Source: Auanema rhodensis
Taxonomy: Eukaryota > Animalia > Nematoda
NCBI GenBank assembly: GCA_964057225.1
Contig: OZ059897.1
Location: 3,844,001 to 3,908,000 of the forward strand
Length of the DNA stretch: 64,000 nt
Direction of reading: 5' to 3'
Shown here: positions 10,531 through 25,500 of the stretch, piece after piece
How positions within the stretch are numbered: position 1 is the first letter of the stretch
Layout of the letters: every line of letters starts with the position of its first letter
Notes under the pieces: generated by a model
Databases searched by the model: none
Seen by the model: only the letters and a program-made list of their open reading frames with translations
What the model was told of the DNA's origin: nothing
Position numbers and translations under genes: made by a program

Positions 10531-13500
10531 CAATGTAGTATAGTGCTGTCGATGCGGATTTTTAAGCTGCGTTGATCTGTGTTATCAGATTTGAGTTAGC
10601 TTAAAAATGCACCGAGATATCAACTGATATATGTTCACGCTTATATCCTCGATTTTCACCCTGAAGAAATGATTTTTTCGTTGAATAACATTGTCCATCG
10701 TCTTCGTCTTGAAAAAAGGAATCTAAAAACATCTACTTTTTGTGAAATTATTTAGAAATTTTTCGGGAAAATTTTTGTCAAAATGTTTTTGGAAGCAATG
10801 TTGAGTGTACATGGGAACTCAACATACACTAATGCATTATTTTTCAAACGATTATAACTAATTTTTGTATTAAGCGTTTATCAATGTAAAATAGTGCATT
10901 CGATGCGGATTTTTAAGTTGCGTCGATCTGTGTTATCAGATTTGCGCTAGCTTGAAAATGCACCGAGATATCAACTGATATAGGTTCACACTTATATCCT
11001 CGATTTTCACCCTGAAGAATTAATTTTTTCGTTGAATAACATTGTCCATCGTCTTTGCCTTGAAAAAAGGAATCTAAAAACATCTACTTTTTGTGAAATT
11101 ATTTAGAAATTTTTCGGGAAAATTTTTGTCACAATGTTTTTGGAAGCAATGTTGAGTGTACATGGGAACTCAGCATACACTAATGCATTATTTTTCAAAC
11201 GATCATAACTAATTTTTGTATAGAGCGTTTCTCAATGTAGTATAGTGCTGTCGATGCGGATTTTTAAGCTGCGTTGATCTGTGTTATCAGATTTGAGTTA
11301 GCTTAAAAATGCACCGAGATATCAACTGATATATGTTCACGCTTATATCCTCGATTTTCACACTGAAGAAATGATTTTTTCGTTGAATAACATTGTCCAT
11401 CGTCTTCGTCTTGAAAAAAGGAATCTGAAAACATCTACTTTTTGTGAAATTATTTATAAATTTTTCGGGAAAATTTTTGTCAAAATGTTTTTGGAAGCAA
11501 TGTTGAGTGTACATGGGAACTCAACATACACTAATGCATTATTTTTCAAACGATCATAACTAATTTTTGTATAGAGCGTTTCTCAATGTAGTATAGTGCT
11601 GTCGATGCGGATTTTTAAGCTGCGTTGATCTGTGTTATCAGATTTGAGTTAGCTTAAAAATGCACCGAGATATCAACTGATATATGTTCACGCTTATATC
11701 CTCGATTTTCACACTGAAGAAATGATTTTTTCGTTGAATAACATTGTCCATCGTCTTCGTCTTGAAAAAAGGAATCTAAAAACATCTACTTTTTGTGAAA
11801 TTATTTATAAATTTTTCGGGAAAATTTTTGTCAAAATGTTTTTGGAAGCAATGTTGAGTGTACATGGGAACTCAACATACACTAATGCATTATTTTTCAA
11901 ACGATCATAACTAATTTTTGTATAGAGCGTTTCTCAATGTAGTATAGTGCATTCGATGCGGATTTTTAAGCTGCGTTGATCTGTGTTATCAGATTTGAGT
12001 TAGCTTAAAAATGCACCGAGATATCAACTGATATATGTTCACGCTTATATCCTCGATTTTCACCCTGAAGAAATGATTTTTTTGTTGAATAACATTGTCC
12101 ATCGTCTTCGTCTTGAAAAAAGGAATCTAAAAACATCTACTTTTTGTGAAATTATTTAGAAATTTTTCGGGAAAATTTTTGTCAAAATGTTTTTGGAAGC
12201 AATGTTGAGTGTACATGGGAACTCAACATACACTAATGCATTATTTTTCAAACGATCATAACTAATTTTTGTATTAAGCGTTTATCAATGTAGTATAGTG
12301 CTGTCGATGCGGATTTTTAAGCTGCGTTGATCTGTGTTATCAGATTTGAGTTAGCTTAAAAATGCACCGAGATATCAACTGATATATGTTCACGCTTATA
12401 TCCTCGATTTTCACACTGAAGAAATGATTTTTTCGTTGAATAACATTGTCCATCGTCTTCGTCTTGAAAAAAGGAATCTAAAAACATCTACTTTTTGTGA
12501 AATTATTTATAAATTTTTCGGGAAAATTTTTGTCAAAATGTTTTTGGAAGCAATGTTGAGTGTACATGGGAACTCAACATACACTAATGCATTATTTTTC
12601 AAACGATCATAACTAATTTTTGTATAGAGCGTTTCTCAATGTAGTATAGTGCATTCGATGCGGATGTTTAAGCTGCGTTGATCTGTGTTATCAGATTTGA
12701 GTTAACTTAAAAATGCACCGAGATATCAACTGATATATGTTCACGCTTATATCCTCGATTTTCACCCTGAAGAAATGATTTTTTCGTTGAATAACATTGT
12801 CCATCGTCTTCGTCTTGAAAAAAGGAATCTAAAAACATCTACTTTTTGTGAAATTATTGAGAAATTTTTCGGGAAAATTTTTGTCAAAATGTTTTTGGAA
12901 GCAATGTTGAGTGTACATGGGAACTCAACATACACTAATGCATTATTTTTCAAACGATCATAACTAATTTTTGTATAGAGCGTTTCTCAATGTAGTATAG
13001 TGCATTCGATGCGGATTTTTAAGCTGCGTTGATCTGTGTTATCAGATTTGAGTTATCTTAAAAATGCACCGAGATATCAACTGATATATGTTCACGCTTA
13101 TATCCTCGATTTTCACCCTGAAGAAATGATTTTTTCGTTGAATAACTTTTACCATCGTCTTCGTCTTGAAAAAAGGAATCTAAAAACATCTACTTTTTGT
13201 GAAATTATTTAGAAATTTTTCGGGAAAATTTTTGTCAAAATGTTTTTGGAAGCAATGTTGAGTGTACATGGGAACTCAACATACACTAATGCATTATTTT
13301 TCAAACGATCATAACTAATTTTTGTATTAAGCGTTTATCAATGTAGTATAGTGCATTCGATGCGGATTTTTAAGCTGCGTTGATCTGTGTTATCAGATTT
13401 GAGTTAGCTTAAAAATGCACCGAGATATCAACTGATATATGTTCACGCTTATATCCTCGATTTTCACCCTGAAGAAATGATTTTTTCGTTGAATAACATT

Positions 13501-16500
13501 GTCCATCGTCTTCGTCTTGAAAAAAGGAATCTAAAAACATCTACTTTTTGTGAAATTATTTAGAAATTTTTCGGGAAAATTTTTGTCAAAATGTTTTTGG
13601 AAGCAATGTTGAGTGTACATGGGAACTCAACATACACTAATGCATTATTTTTCAAACGATCATAACTAATTTTTGTATTAAGCGTTTATCAATGTAGTAT
13701 AGTGCATTCGATGCGGATTTTTAAGCTGCGTCGATCTGTGTTATCAGATTTGCGCTAGCTTGAAAATGCACCGAGATATCAACTGATATAGGTTCACACT
13801 TATATCCTCGATTTTCACCCTGAAGAATTAATTTTTTCGTTGAATAACATTGTCCATCATCTTTGCCTTGAAAAAAGGAATCTAAAAACATCTACTTTTT
13901 GTGAAATTATTTAGAAATTTTTCGGGAAAATTTTTGTCAAAATGTTTTTGGAAGCAATGTTGAGTGTACATGGGAACTCAACATACACTAATGCATTATT
14001 TTTCAAACGATCATAACTAATTTTTGTATAGAGCGTTTCTCAATGTAGTATAGTGCATTCGATGCGGATTTTTAAGCTGCGTTGATCTGTGTTATCAGAT
14101 TTGAGTTAGCTTAAAAATGCACCGAGATATCAACTGATATATGTTCACGCTTATATCCTCGATTTTCACCCTGAAGAAATGATTTTTTCGTTGAATAACA
14201 TTTACCATCGTCTTCGTCTTGAAAAAAGGAATCTAAAAACATCTACTTTTTGTGAAATTATTTAGAAATTTTTCGGGAAAATTTTTGTCACAATGTTTTT
14301 GGAAGCAATGTTGAGTGTACATGGGAACTCAGCATACACTAATGCATTATTTTTCAAACGATCATAACTAATTTTCGTATAGAGCGTTTCTCAATGTAGT
14401 ATAGTGCTGTAGATGCGGATTTTTAAGCTGCGTTGATCTGTGTTATCAGATTTGAGTTAGCTTAAAAATGCACCGAGATATCAACTGATATATGTTCACG
14501 CTTATATCCTCGATTTTCACCCTGAAGAAATGATTTTTTCGTTGAATAACATTGTCCATCGTCTTCGTCTTGAAAAAAGGAATCTAAAAACATCTACTTT
14601 TTGTGAAATTATTTAGAAATTTTTCGGGAAAATTTTTGTCAAAATGCTTTTGGAAGCAATGTTGAGTGTACATGGGAACTCAACATACACTAATGCATTA
14701 TTTTTCAAACGATCATAACTAATTTTTGTATTAAGCGTTTATCAATGTAGTATAGTGCATTCGATGCGGATTTTTAAGCTGCGTTGATCTGTGTTATCAG
14801 ATTTGAGTTAGCTTAAAAATGCACCGAGATATCAACTGATATATGTTCACGCTTATATCCTCGATTTTCACCCTGAAGAAATGATTTTTTCGTTGAATAA
14901 CATTGTCCATCGTCTTCGTCTTGAAAAAAGGAATCTGAAAACATCTACTTTTTGTGAAATTATTTAGAAATTTTTCGGGAAAATTTTTGTCAAAATGTTT
15001 TTGGAAGCAATGTTGAGTGTACATGGGAACTCAACATACACTAATGCATTATTTTTCAAACGATCATAACTAATTTTTGTATTAAGCGTTTATCAATGTA
15101 GTATAGTGCATTCGATGCGGATTTTTAAGCTGCGTTGATCTGTGTTATCAGATTTGCGCTAGCTTAAAAATGCACCGAGATATCAACTGATATAGGTTCA
15201 CACTTATATCCTCGATTTTCACCCTGAAGAATTAATTTTTTCGTTGAATAACATTGTCCATCGTCTTTGCCTTGAAAAAAGGAATCTAAAAACATCTACT
15301 TTTTGTGAAATTATTTAGAAATTTTTCGGGAAAATTTTTGTCACAATGTTTTTGGAAGCAATGTTGAGTGTACATGGGAACTCAGCATACACTAATGCAT
15401 TATTTTTCAAACGATCATAACTAATTTTTGTATAGAGCGTTTCTCAATGTAGTATAGTGCTGTCGATGCGGATTTTTAAGCTGCGTTGATCTGTGTTATC
15501 AGATTTGAGTTAGCTTAAAAATGCACCGAGATATCAACTGATATATGTTCACGCTTATATCCTCGATTTTCACACTGAAGAAATGATTTTTTCGTTGAAT
15601 AACATTGTCCATCGTCTTCGTCTTGAAAAAAGGAATCTAAAAACATCTACTTTTTGTGAAATTATTTATAAATTTTTCGGGAAAATTTTTGTCACAATGT
15701 TTTTGGAAGCAATGTTGAGTGTACATGGGAACTCAGCATACACTAATGCATTATTTTTCAAACGATCATAACTAATTTTCGTATAGAGCGTTTCTCAATG
15801 TAGTATAGTGCTGTCGATGCGGATTTTTAAGCTGCGTTGATCTGTGTTATCAGATTTGAGTTAGCTTAAAAATGCACCGAGATATCAACTGATATATGTT
15901 CACACTTATATCCTCGATTTTCACCCTGAAGAAATGATTTTTTCGTTGAAAAACATTGTCCATCGTATTCGTCTTGAAAAAAGGAATCTAAAAACATCTA
16001 CTTTTTGTGAAATTATTTAGAAATTTTTCGGGAAAATTTTTGTCAAAATGTTTTTGGAAGCAATGTTGAGTGTACATGGGAACTCAGCATACACTAATGC
16101 ATTATTTTTCAAACGATCATAACTAATTTTCGTATAGAGCGTTTCTCAATGTAGTATAGTGCTGTCGATGCGGATTTTTAAGCTGCGTTGATCTGTGTTA
16201 TCAGATTTGAGTTATCTTAAAAATGCACCGAGATATCAACTGATATATGTTCACACTTATATCCTCGATTTTCACCCTGAAGAAATGATTTTTTCGTTGA
16301 AAAACATTGTCCATCGTATTCGTCTTGAAAAAAGGAATCTAAAAACATCTACTTTTTGTGAAATTATTTAGAAATTTTTCGGGAAAATTTTTGTCAAAAT
16401 GTTTTTCGAAGCAATGTTGAGTGTACATGGGAACTCAACATACACTAATGCATTATTTTTCAAACGATCATAACTAATTTTTGTATTAAGCGTTTCTCAA

Positions 16501-19500
16501 TGTAGTATAGTGCATTCGATGCGGATTTTTAAGCTGCGTTGATCTGTGTTATCAGATTTGAGTTAGCTTAAAAATGCACCGAGATATCAACTGATATATG
16601 TTCACACTTATATCCTCGATTTTCACCCTGAAGAAATGATTTTTTCGTTGAATAACATTGTCCATCGTCTTCGTCTTGAAAAAAGGAATCTAAAAACATC
16701 TACTTTTTGTGAAATTATTTAGAAATTTTTCGGGAAAATTTTTGTCAAAATGTTTTTGGAAGCAATGTTGAGTGTACATGGGAACTCAACATACACTAAT
16801 GCATTATTTTTCAAACGATCATAACTAATTTTTGTATTAAGCGTTTATCAATGTAGTATAGTGCATTCGATGCGGATTTTTAAGCTGCGTTGATCTGTGT
16901 TATCAGATTTGAGTTAGCTTAAAAATGCACCGAGATATCAACTGATATATGTTCACGCTTATATCCTCGATTTTCACCCTGAAGAAATGATTTTTTCGTT
17001 GAATAACATTGTCCATCGTCTTCGTCTTGAAAAAAGGAATCTAAAAACATCTACTTTTTGTGAAATTATTTAGAAATTTTTCGGGAAAATTTTTGTCAAA
17101 ATGTTTTTGGAAGCAATGTTGAGTGTACATGGGAACTCAACATACACTAATGCATTATTTTTCAAACGATCATAACTAATTTTTGTATTAAGCGTTTATC
17201 AATGTAGTATAGTGCATTCGATGCGGATTTTTAAGCTGCGTCGATCTGTGTTATCAGATTTGCGCTAGCTTGAAAATGCACCGAGATATCAACTGATATA
17301 GGTTCACACTTATATCCTCGATTTTCACCCTGAAGAATTAATTTTTTCGTTGAATAACATTGTCCATCGTCTTTGCCTTGAAAAAAGGAATCTAAAAACA
17401 TCTACTTTTTGTGAAATTATTTAGAAATTTTTCGGAAAAATTTTTGTCAAAATGTTTTTGGAAGCAATGTTGAGTGTACATGGGAACTCAGCATACACTA
17501 ATGCATTATTTTTCAAACGATCATAACTAATTTTTGTATAGAGCGTTTCTCAATGTAGTATAGTGCTGTCGATGCGGATTTTTAAGCTGCGTTGATCTGT
17601 GTTATCAGATTTGAGTTAGCTTAAAAATGCACCGAGATATCAACTGATATATGTTCACGCTTATATCCTCGATTTTCACATTGAAGAAATGATTTTTTCG
17701 TTGAATAACATTGTCCATCGTCTTCGTCTTGAAAAAAGGAATCTAAAAACATCTACTTTTTGTGAAATTATTTATAAATTTTTCGGGAAAATTTTTGTCA
17801 CAATGTTTTTGGAAGCAATGTTGAGTGTACATGGGAACTCAGCATACACTAATGCATTATTTTTCAAACGATCATAACTAATTTTCGTATAGAGCGTTTC
17901 TCAATGTAGTATAGTGCTGTCGATGCGGATTTTTAAGCTGCGTTGATCTGTGTTATCAGATTTGAGTTAGCTTAAAAATGCACCGAGATATCAACTGATA
18001 TATGTTCACGCTTATATCCTCGATTTTCACATTGAAGAAATGATTTTTTCGTTGAATAACATTGTCCATCGTCTTCGTCTTGAAAAAAGGAATCTAAAAA
18101 CATCTACTTTTTGTGAAATTATTTATAAATTTTTCGGGAAAATTTTTGTCACAATGTTTTTGGAAGCAATGTTGAGTGTACATGGGAACTCAGCATACAC
18201 TAATGCATTATTTTTCAAACGATCATAACTAATTTTCGTATAGAGCGTTTCTCAATGTAGTATAGTGCTGTCGATGCGGATTTTTAAGCTGCGTTGATCT
18301 GTGTTATCAGATTTGAGTTAGCTTAAAAATGCACCGAGATATCATCTGATATATGTTCACACTTATATCCTCGATTTTCACCCTGAAGAAATGATTTTTT
18401 CGTTGAATAACATTGTCCATCGTCTTCGTCTTGAAAAAAGGAATCTAAAAACATCTACTTTTTGTGAAATTATTTAGAAATTTTTCGGGAAAATTTTTGT
18501 CAAAATGTTTTTGGAAGCAATGTTGAGTGTACATGGGAACTCAACATACACTAATGCATTATTTTTCAAACGATCATAACTAATTTTTGTATTAAGCGTT
18601 TATCAATGTAGTATAGTGCATTCGATGCGGATTTTTAAGCTGCGTCGATCTGTGTTATCAGATGTGCGCTAGCTTGAAAATGCACCGAGATATCAACTGA
18701 TATAGGTTCACACTTATATCCTCGATTTTCACCCTGAAGAATTAATTTTTTCGTTGAATAACATTGTCCATCGTCTTTGCCTTGAAAAAAGGAATCTAAA
18801 AACATCTACTTTTTGTGAAATTATTTAGAAATTTTTCGGAAAAATTTTTGTCAAAATGTTTTTGGAAGCAATGTTGAGTGTACATGGGAACTCAGCATAC
18901 ACTAATGCATTATTTTTCAAACGATCATAACTAATTTTTGTATAGAGCGTTTCTCAATGTAGTATAGTGCTGTCGATGCGGATTTTTAAGCTGCGTTGAT
19001 CTGTGTTATCAGATTTGAGTTAGCTTAAAAATGCACCGAGATATCAACTGATATATGTTCACGCTTATATCCTCGATTTTCACATTGAAGAAATGATTTT
19101 TTCGTTGAATAACATTGTCCATCGTCTTCGTCTTGAAAAAAGGAATCTAAAAACATCTACTTTTTGTGAAATTATTTATAAATTTTTCGGGAAAATTTTT
19201 GTCACAATGTTTTTGGAAGCAATGTTGAGTGTACATGGGAACTCAGCATACACTAATGCATTATTTTTCAAACGATCATAACTAATTTTCGTATAGAGCG
19301 TTTCTCAATGTAGTATAGTGCTGTCGATGCGGATTTTTAAGCTGCGTTGATCTGTGTTATCAGATTTGAGTTAGCTTAAAAATGCACCGAGATATCATCT
19401 GATATATGTTCACACTTATATCCTCGATTTTCACCCTGAAGAAATGATTTTTTCGTTGAAAAACATTGTCCATCGTATTCGTCTTGAAAAAAGGAATCTA

Positions 19501-22500
19501 AAAACATCTACTTTTTGTGAAATTATTTAGAAATTTTTCGGGAAAATTTTTGTCAAAATGTTTTTGGAAGCAATGTTGAGTGTACATGGGAACTCAGCAT
19601 ACACTAATGCATTATTTTTCAAACGATCATAACTAATTTTCGTATAGAGCGTTTCTCAATGTAGTATAGTGCTGTCGATGCGGATTTTTAAGCTGCGTTG
19701 ATCTGTGTTATCAGATTTGAGTTAGCTTAAAAATGCACCGAGATATCAACTGATATATGTTCACGCTTATATCCTCGATTTTCACATTGAAGAAATGATT
19801 TTTTCGTTGAATAACATTGTCCATCGTCTTCGTCTTGAAAAAAGGAATCTAAAAACATCTACTTTTTGTGAAATTATTTAGAAATTTTTCGGGAAAATTT
19901 TTGTCAAAATGTTTTTGGAAGCAATGTTGAGTGTACATGGGAACTCAACATACACTAATGCATTATTTTTCAAACGATCATAACTAATTTTTGTATTAAG
20001 CGTTTATCAATGTAGTATAGTGCATTCGATGCGGATTTTTAAGCTGCGTTGATCTGTGTTATCAGATTTGAGTTAGCTTAAAAATGCACCGAGATATCAA
20101 CTGATATATGTTCACGCTTATATCCTCGATTTTCACCCTGAAGAAATGATTTTTTCGTTGAATAACATTGTCCATCGTCTTCGTCTTGAAAAAAGGAATC
20201 TAAAAACATCTACTTTTTGTGAAATTATTCAGAAATTTTTCGGGAAAATTTTTGTCAAAATGTTTTTGGAAGCAATGTTGAGTGTACATGGGAACTCAAC
20301 ATACACTAATGCATTATTTTTCAAACGATCATAACTAATTTTTGTATTAAGCGTTTATCAATGTAGTATAGTGCATTCGATGCGGATTTTTAAGCTGCGT
20401 CGATCTGTGTTATCAGATTTGCGCTAGCTTGAAAATGCACCGAGATATCAACTGATATAGGTTCACACTTATATCCTCGATTTTCACCCTGAAGAATTAA
20501 TTTTTTCGTTGAATAACATTGTCCATCGTCTTTGCCTTGAAAAAAGGAATCTAAAAACATCTACTTTTTGTGAAATTATTTAGAAATTTTTCGGGAAAAT
20601 TTTTGTCAAAATGTTTTTGGAAGCAATGTTGAGTGTACATGGGAACTCAACATACACTAATGCATTATTTTTCAAACGATCATAACTAATTTTTGTATAG
20701 AGCGTTTCTCAATGTAGTATAGTGCATTCGATGCGGATTTTTAAGCTGCGTTGATCTGTGTTATCAGATTTGAGTTAGCTTAAAAATGCACCGAGATATC
20801 AACTGATATATGTTCACGCTTATATCCTCGATTTTCACCCTGAAGAAATGATTTTTTCGTTGAATAACATTTACCATCGTCTTCGTCTTGAAAAAAGGAA
20901 TCTAAAAACATCTACTTTTTGTGAAATTATTTAGAAATTTTTCGGGAAAATTTTTGTCAAAATGTTTTTGGAAGCAATGTTGAGTGTACATGGGAACTCA
21001 ACATACACTAATGCATTATTTTTCAAACGATCATAACTAATTTTTGTATTAAGCGTTTATCAATGTAGTATAGTGCATTCGATGCGGATTTTTAAGCTGC
21101 GTCGATCTGTGTTATCAGATTTGCGCTAGCTTAAAAATGCACCGAGATATCAACTGATATAGGTTCACACTTATATCCTTGATTTTCACCCTGAAGAATT
21201 AATTTTTTCGTTGAATAACATTGTCCATCGTCTTCGTCTTGAAAAAAGGAATCTAAAAACATCTACTTTTTGTGAAATTATTTATAAATTTTTCGGGAAA
21301 ATTTTTGTCACAATGTTTTTGGAAGCAATGTTGAGTGTACATGGGAACTCAGCATACACTAATGCATTATTTTTCAAACGATCATAACTAATTTTCGTAT
21401 AGAGCGTTTCTCAATGTAGTATAGTGCTGTCGATGCGGATTTTTAAGCTGCGTTGATCTGTGTTATCAGATTTGAGTTAGCTTAAAAATGCACCGAGATA
21501 TCAACTGATATATGTTCACACTTATATCCTCGATTTTCACCCTGAAGAAATGATTTTTTCGTTGAAAAACATTGTCCATCGTATTCGTCTTGAAAAAAGG
21601 AATCTAAAAACATCTACTTTTTGTGAAATTATTTAGAAATTTTTCGGGAAAATTTTTGTCAAAATGTTTTTGGAAGCAATGTTGAGTGTACATGGGAACT
21701 CAGCATACACTAATGCATTATTTTTCAAACGATCATAACTAATTTTCGTATAGAGCGTTTCTCAATGTAGTATAGTGCTGTCGATGCGGATTTTTAAGCT
21801 GCGTTGATCTGTGTTATCAGATTTGAGTTAGCTTAAAAATGCACCGAGATATCAACTGATATATGTTCACACTTATATCCTCGATTTTCACCCTGAAGAA
21901 ATGATTTTTTCGTTGAAAAACATTGTCCATCGTATTCGTCTTGAAAAAAGGAATCTAAAAACATCTACTTTTTGTGAAATTATTTAGAAATTTTTCGGGA
22001 AAATTTTTGTCAAAATGTTTTTGGAAGCAATGTTGAGTTTACATGGGAACTCAACATACACTAATGCATTATTTTTCAAACGATCATAACTAATTTTTGT
22101 ATTAAGCGTTTCTCAATGTAGTATAGTGCATTCGATGCGGATTTTTTAGCTGCGTTGATCTGTGTTATCAGATTTGAGTTAGCTTAAAAATGCACCGAGA
22201 TATCAACTGATATATGTTCACGCTTATATCCTCGATTTTCACCCTGAAGAAATGATTTTTTCGTTGAATAACATTGTCCATCGTCTTCGTCTTGAAAAAA
22301 GGAATCTAAAAACATCTACTTTTTGTGAAATTATTTAGAAATTTTTCGGGAAAATTTTTGTCAAAATGTTTTTGGAAGCAATGTTGAGTTTACATGGGAA
22401 CTCAACATACACTAATGCATTATTTTTCAAACGATCATAACTAATTTTTGTATTAAGCGTTTCTCAATGTAGTATAGTGCATTCGATGCGGATTTTTTAG

Positions 22501-25500
22501 CTGCGTTGATCTGTGTTATCAGATTTGAGTTAGCTTAAAAATGCACCGAGATATCAACTGATATATGTTCACACTTATATCCTCGATTTTCACCCTGAAG
22601 AAATGATTTTTTCGTTGAATAACATTGTCCATCGTCTTTGCCTTAAAAAAAGGAATCTAAAAACATCTACTTTTTGTGAAATTATTTAGAAATTTTTCGG
22701 GAAAATTTTTGTCAAAATGTTTTTGGAAGCAATGTTGAGTTTACATGGGAACTCAACATACACTAATGCATTATTTTTCAAACGATCATAACTAATTTTT
22801 GTATAGAGCGTTTCTCAATGTAGTATAGTGCATTCGATGCGGATTTTTAAGCTGCGTTGATCTGTGTTATCAGATTTGAGTTAGCTTAAAAATGCACCGA
22901 GATATCAACTGATATATGTTCACACTTATATCCTCGATTTTCACCCTGAAGAAATGATTTTTTCGTTGAATAACATTTACCATCGTCTTCGTCTTGAAAA
23001 AAGGAATCTAAAAACATCTACTTTTTGTGAAATTATTTAGAAATTTTTCGGGAAAATTTTTGTCAAAATGTTTTTGGAAGCAATGTTGAGTGTACATGGG
23101 AACTCAACATACACTAATGCATTATTTTTCAAACGATCATAACTAATTTTTGTATTAAGCGTTTATCAATGTAGTATAGTGCATTCGATGCGGATTTGTA
23201 AGCTGCGTCGATCTGTGTTATCAGATTTGCGCTAGCTTAAAAATGCACCGAGATATCAACTGATATAGGTTCACACTTATATCCTTGATTTTCACCCTGA
23301 AGAATTAATTTTTTCGTTGAATAACATTGTCCATCGTCTTTGCCTTGAAAAAAGGAATCTAAAAACATCTACTTTTTGTGAAATTATTTAGAAATTTTTC
23401 GGGAAAATTTTTGTCACAATGTTTTTGGAAGCAATGTTGAGTGTACATGGGAACTCAGCATACACTAATGCATTATTTTTCAAACGATCATAACTAATTT
23501 TTGTATAGAGCGTTTCTCAATGTAGTATAGTGCTGTCGATGCGGATTTTTAAGCTGCGTTGATCTGTGTTATCAGATTTGAGTTAGCTTAAAAATGCACC
23601 GAGATATCAACTGATATATGTTCACGCTTATATCCTCGATTTTCACACTGAAGAAATGATTTTTTCGTTGAATAACATTGTCCATCGTCTTCGTCTTGAA
23701 AAAAGGAATCTAAAAACATCTACTTTTTGTGAAATTATTTATAAATTTTTCGGGAAAATTTTTGTCACAATGTTTTTGGAAGCAATGTTGAGTGTACATG
23801 GGAACTCAGCATACACTAATGCATTATTTTTCAAACGATCATAACTAATTTTCGTATAGAGCGTTTCTCAATGTAGTATAGTGCTGTCGATGCGGATTTT
23901 TAAGCTGCGTTGATCTGTGTTATCAGATTTGAGTTAGCTTAAAAATGCACCGAGATATCAACTGATATATGTTCACACTTATATCCTCGATTTTCACCCT
24001 GAAGAAATGATTTTTTCGTTGAAAAACATTGTCCATCGTATTCGTCTTGAAAAAAGGAATCTAAAAACATCTACTTTTTGTGAAATTATTTAGAAATTTT
24101 TCGGGAAAATTTTTGTCAAAATGTTTTTGGAAGCAATGTTGAGTTTACATGGCAACTCAACATACACTAATGCATTATTTTTCAAACGATCATAACTAAT
24201 TTTTGTATTAAGCGTTTCTCAATGTAGTATAGTGCATTCGATGCGGATTTTTTAGCTGCGTTGATCTGTGTTATCAGATTTGAGTTAGCTTAAAAATGCA
24301 CCGAGATATCAACTGATATATGTTCACGCTTATATCCTCGATTTTCACCCTGAAGAAATGATTTTTTCGTTGAATAACATTGTCCATCGTCTTCGTCTTG
24401 AAAAAAGGAATCTAAAAACATCTACTTTTTGTGAAATTATTTAGAAATTTTTCGGGAAAATTTTTGTCAAAATGTTTTTGGAAGCAATGTTGAGTTTACA
24501 TGGGAACTCAACATACACTAATGCATTATTTTTCAAACGATCATAACTAATTTTTGTATTAAGCGTTTCTCAATGTAGTATAGTGCATTCGATGCGGATT
24601 TTTTAGCTGCGTTGATCTGTGTTATCAGATTTGAGTTAGCTTAAAAATGCACCGAGATATCAACTGATATATGTTCACACTTATATCCTCGATTTTCACC
24701 CTGAAGAAATGATTTTTTCGTTGAATAACATTGTCCATCGTCTTTGCCTTGAAAAAAGGAATCTAAAAACATCTACTTTTTGTGAAATTATTTAGAAATT
24801 TTTCGGGAAAATTTTTGTCAAAATGTTTTTGGAAGCAATGTTGAGTGTACATGGGAACTCAACATACACTAATGCATTATTTTTCAAACGATCATAACTA
24901 ATTTTTGTATAGAGCGTTTCTCAATGTAGTATAGTGCATTCGATGCGGATTTTTAAGCTGCGTTGATCTGTGTTATCAGATTTGAGTTAGCTTAAAAATG
25001 CACCGAGATATCAACTGATATATGTTCACACTTATATCCTCGATTTTCACCCTGAAGAAATGATTTTTTCGTTGAATAACATTTACCATCGTCTTCGTCT
25101 TGAAAAAAGGAATCTAAAAACATCTACTTTTTGTGAAATTATTTAGAAATTTTTCGGGAAAATTTTTGTCAAAATGTTTTTGGAAGCAATGTTGAGTGTA
25201 CATGGGAACTCAACATACACTAATGCATTATTTTTCAAACGATCATAACTAATTTTTGTATTAAGCGTTTATCAATGTAGTATAGTGCATTCGATGCGGA
25301 TTTGTAAGCTGCGTCGATCTGTGTTATCAGATTTGCGCTAGCTTAAAAATGCACCGAGATATCAACTGATATAGGTTCACACTTATATCCTTGATTTTCA
25401 CCCTGAAGAATTAATTTTTTCGTTGAATAACATTGTCCATCGTCTTTGCCTTGAAAAAAGGAATCTAAAAACATCTACTTTTTGTGAAATTATTTAGAAA

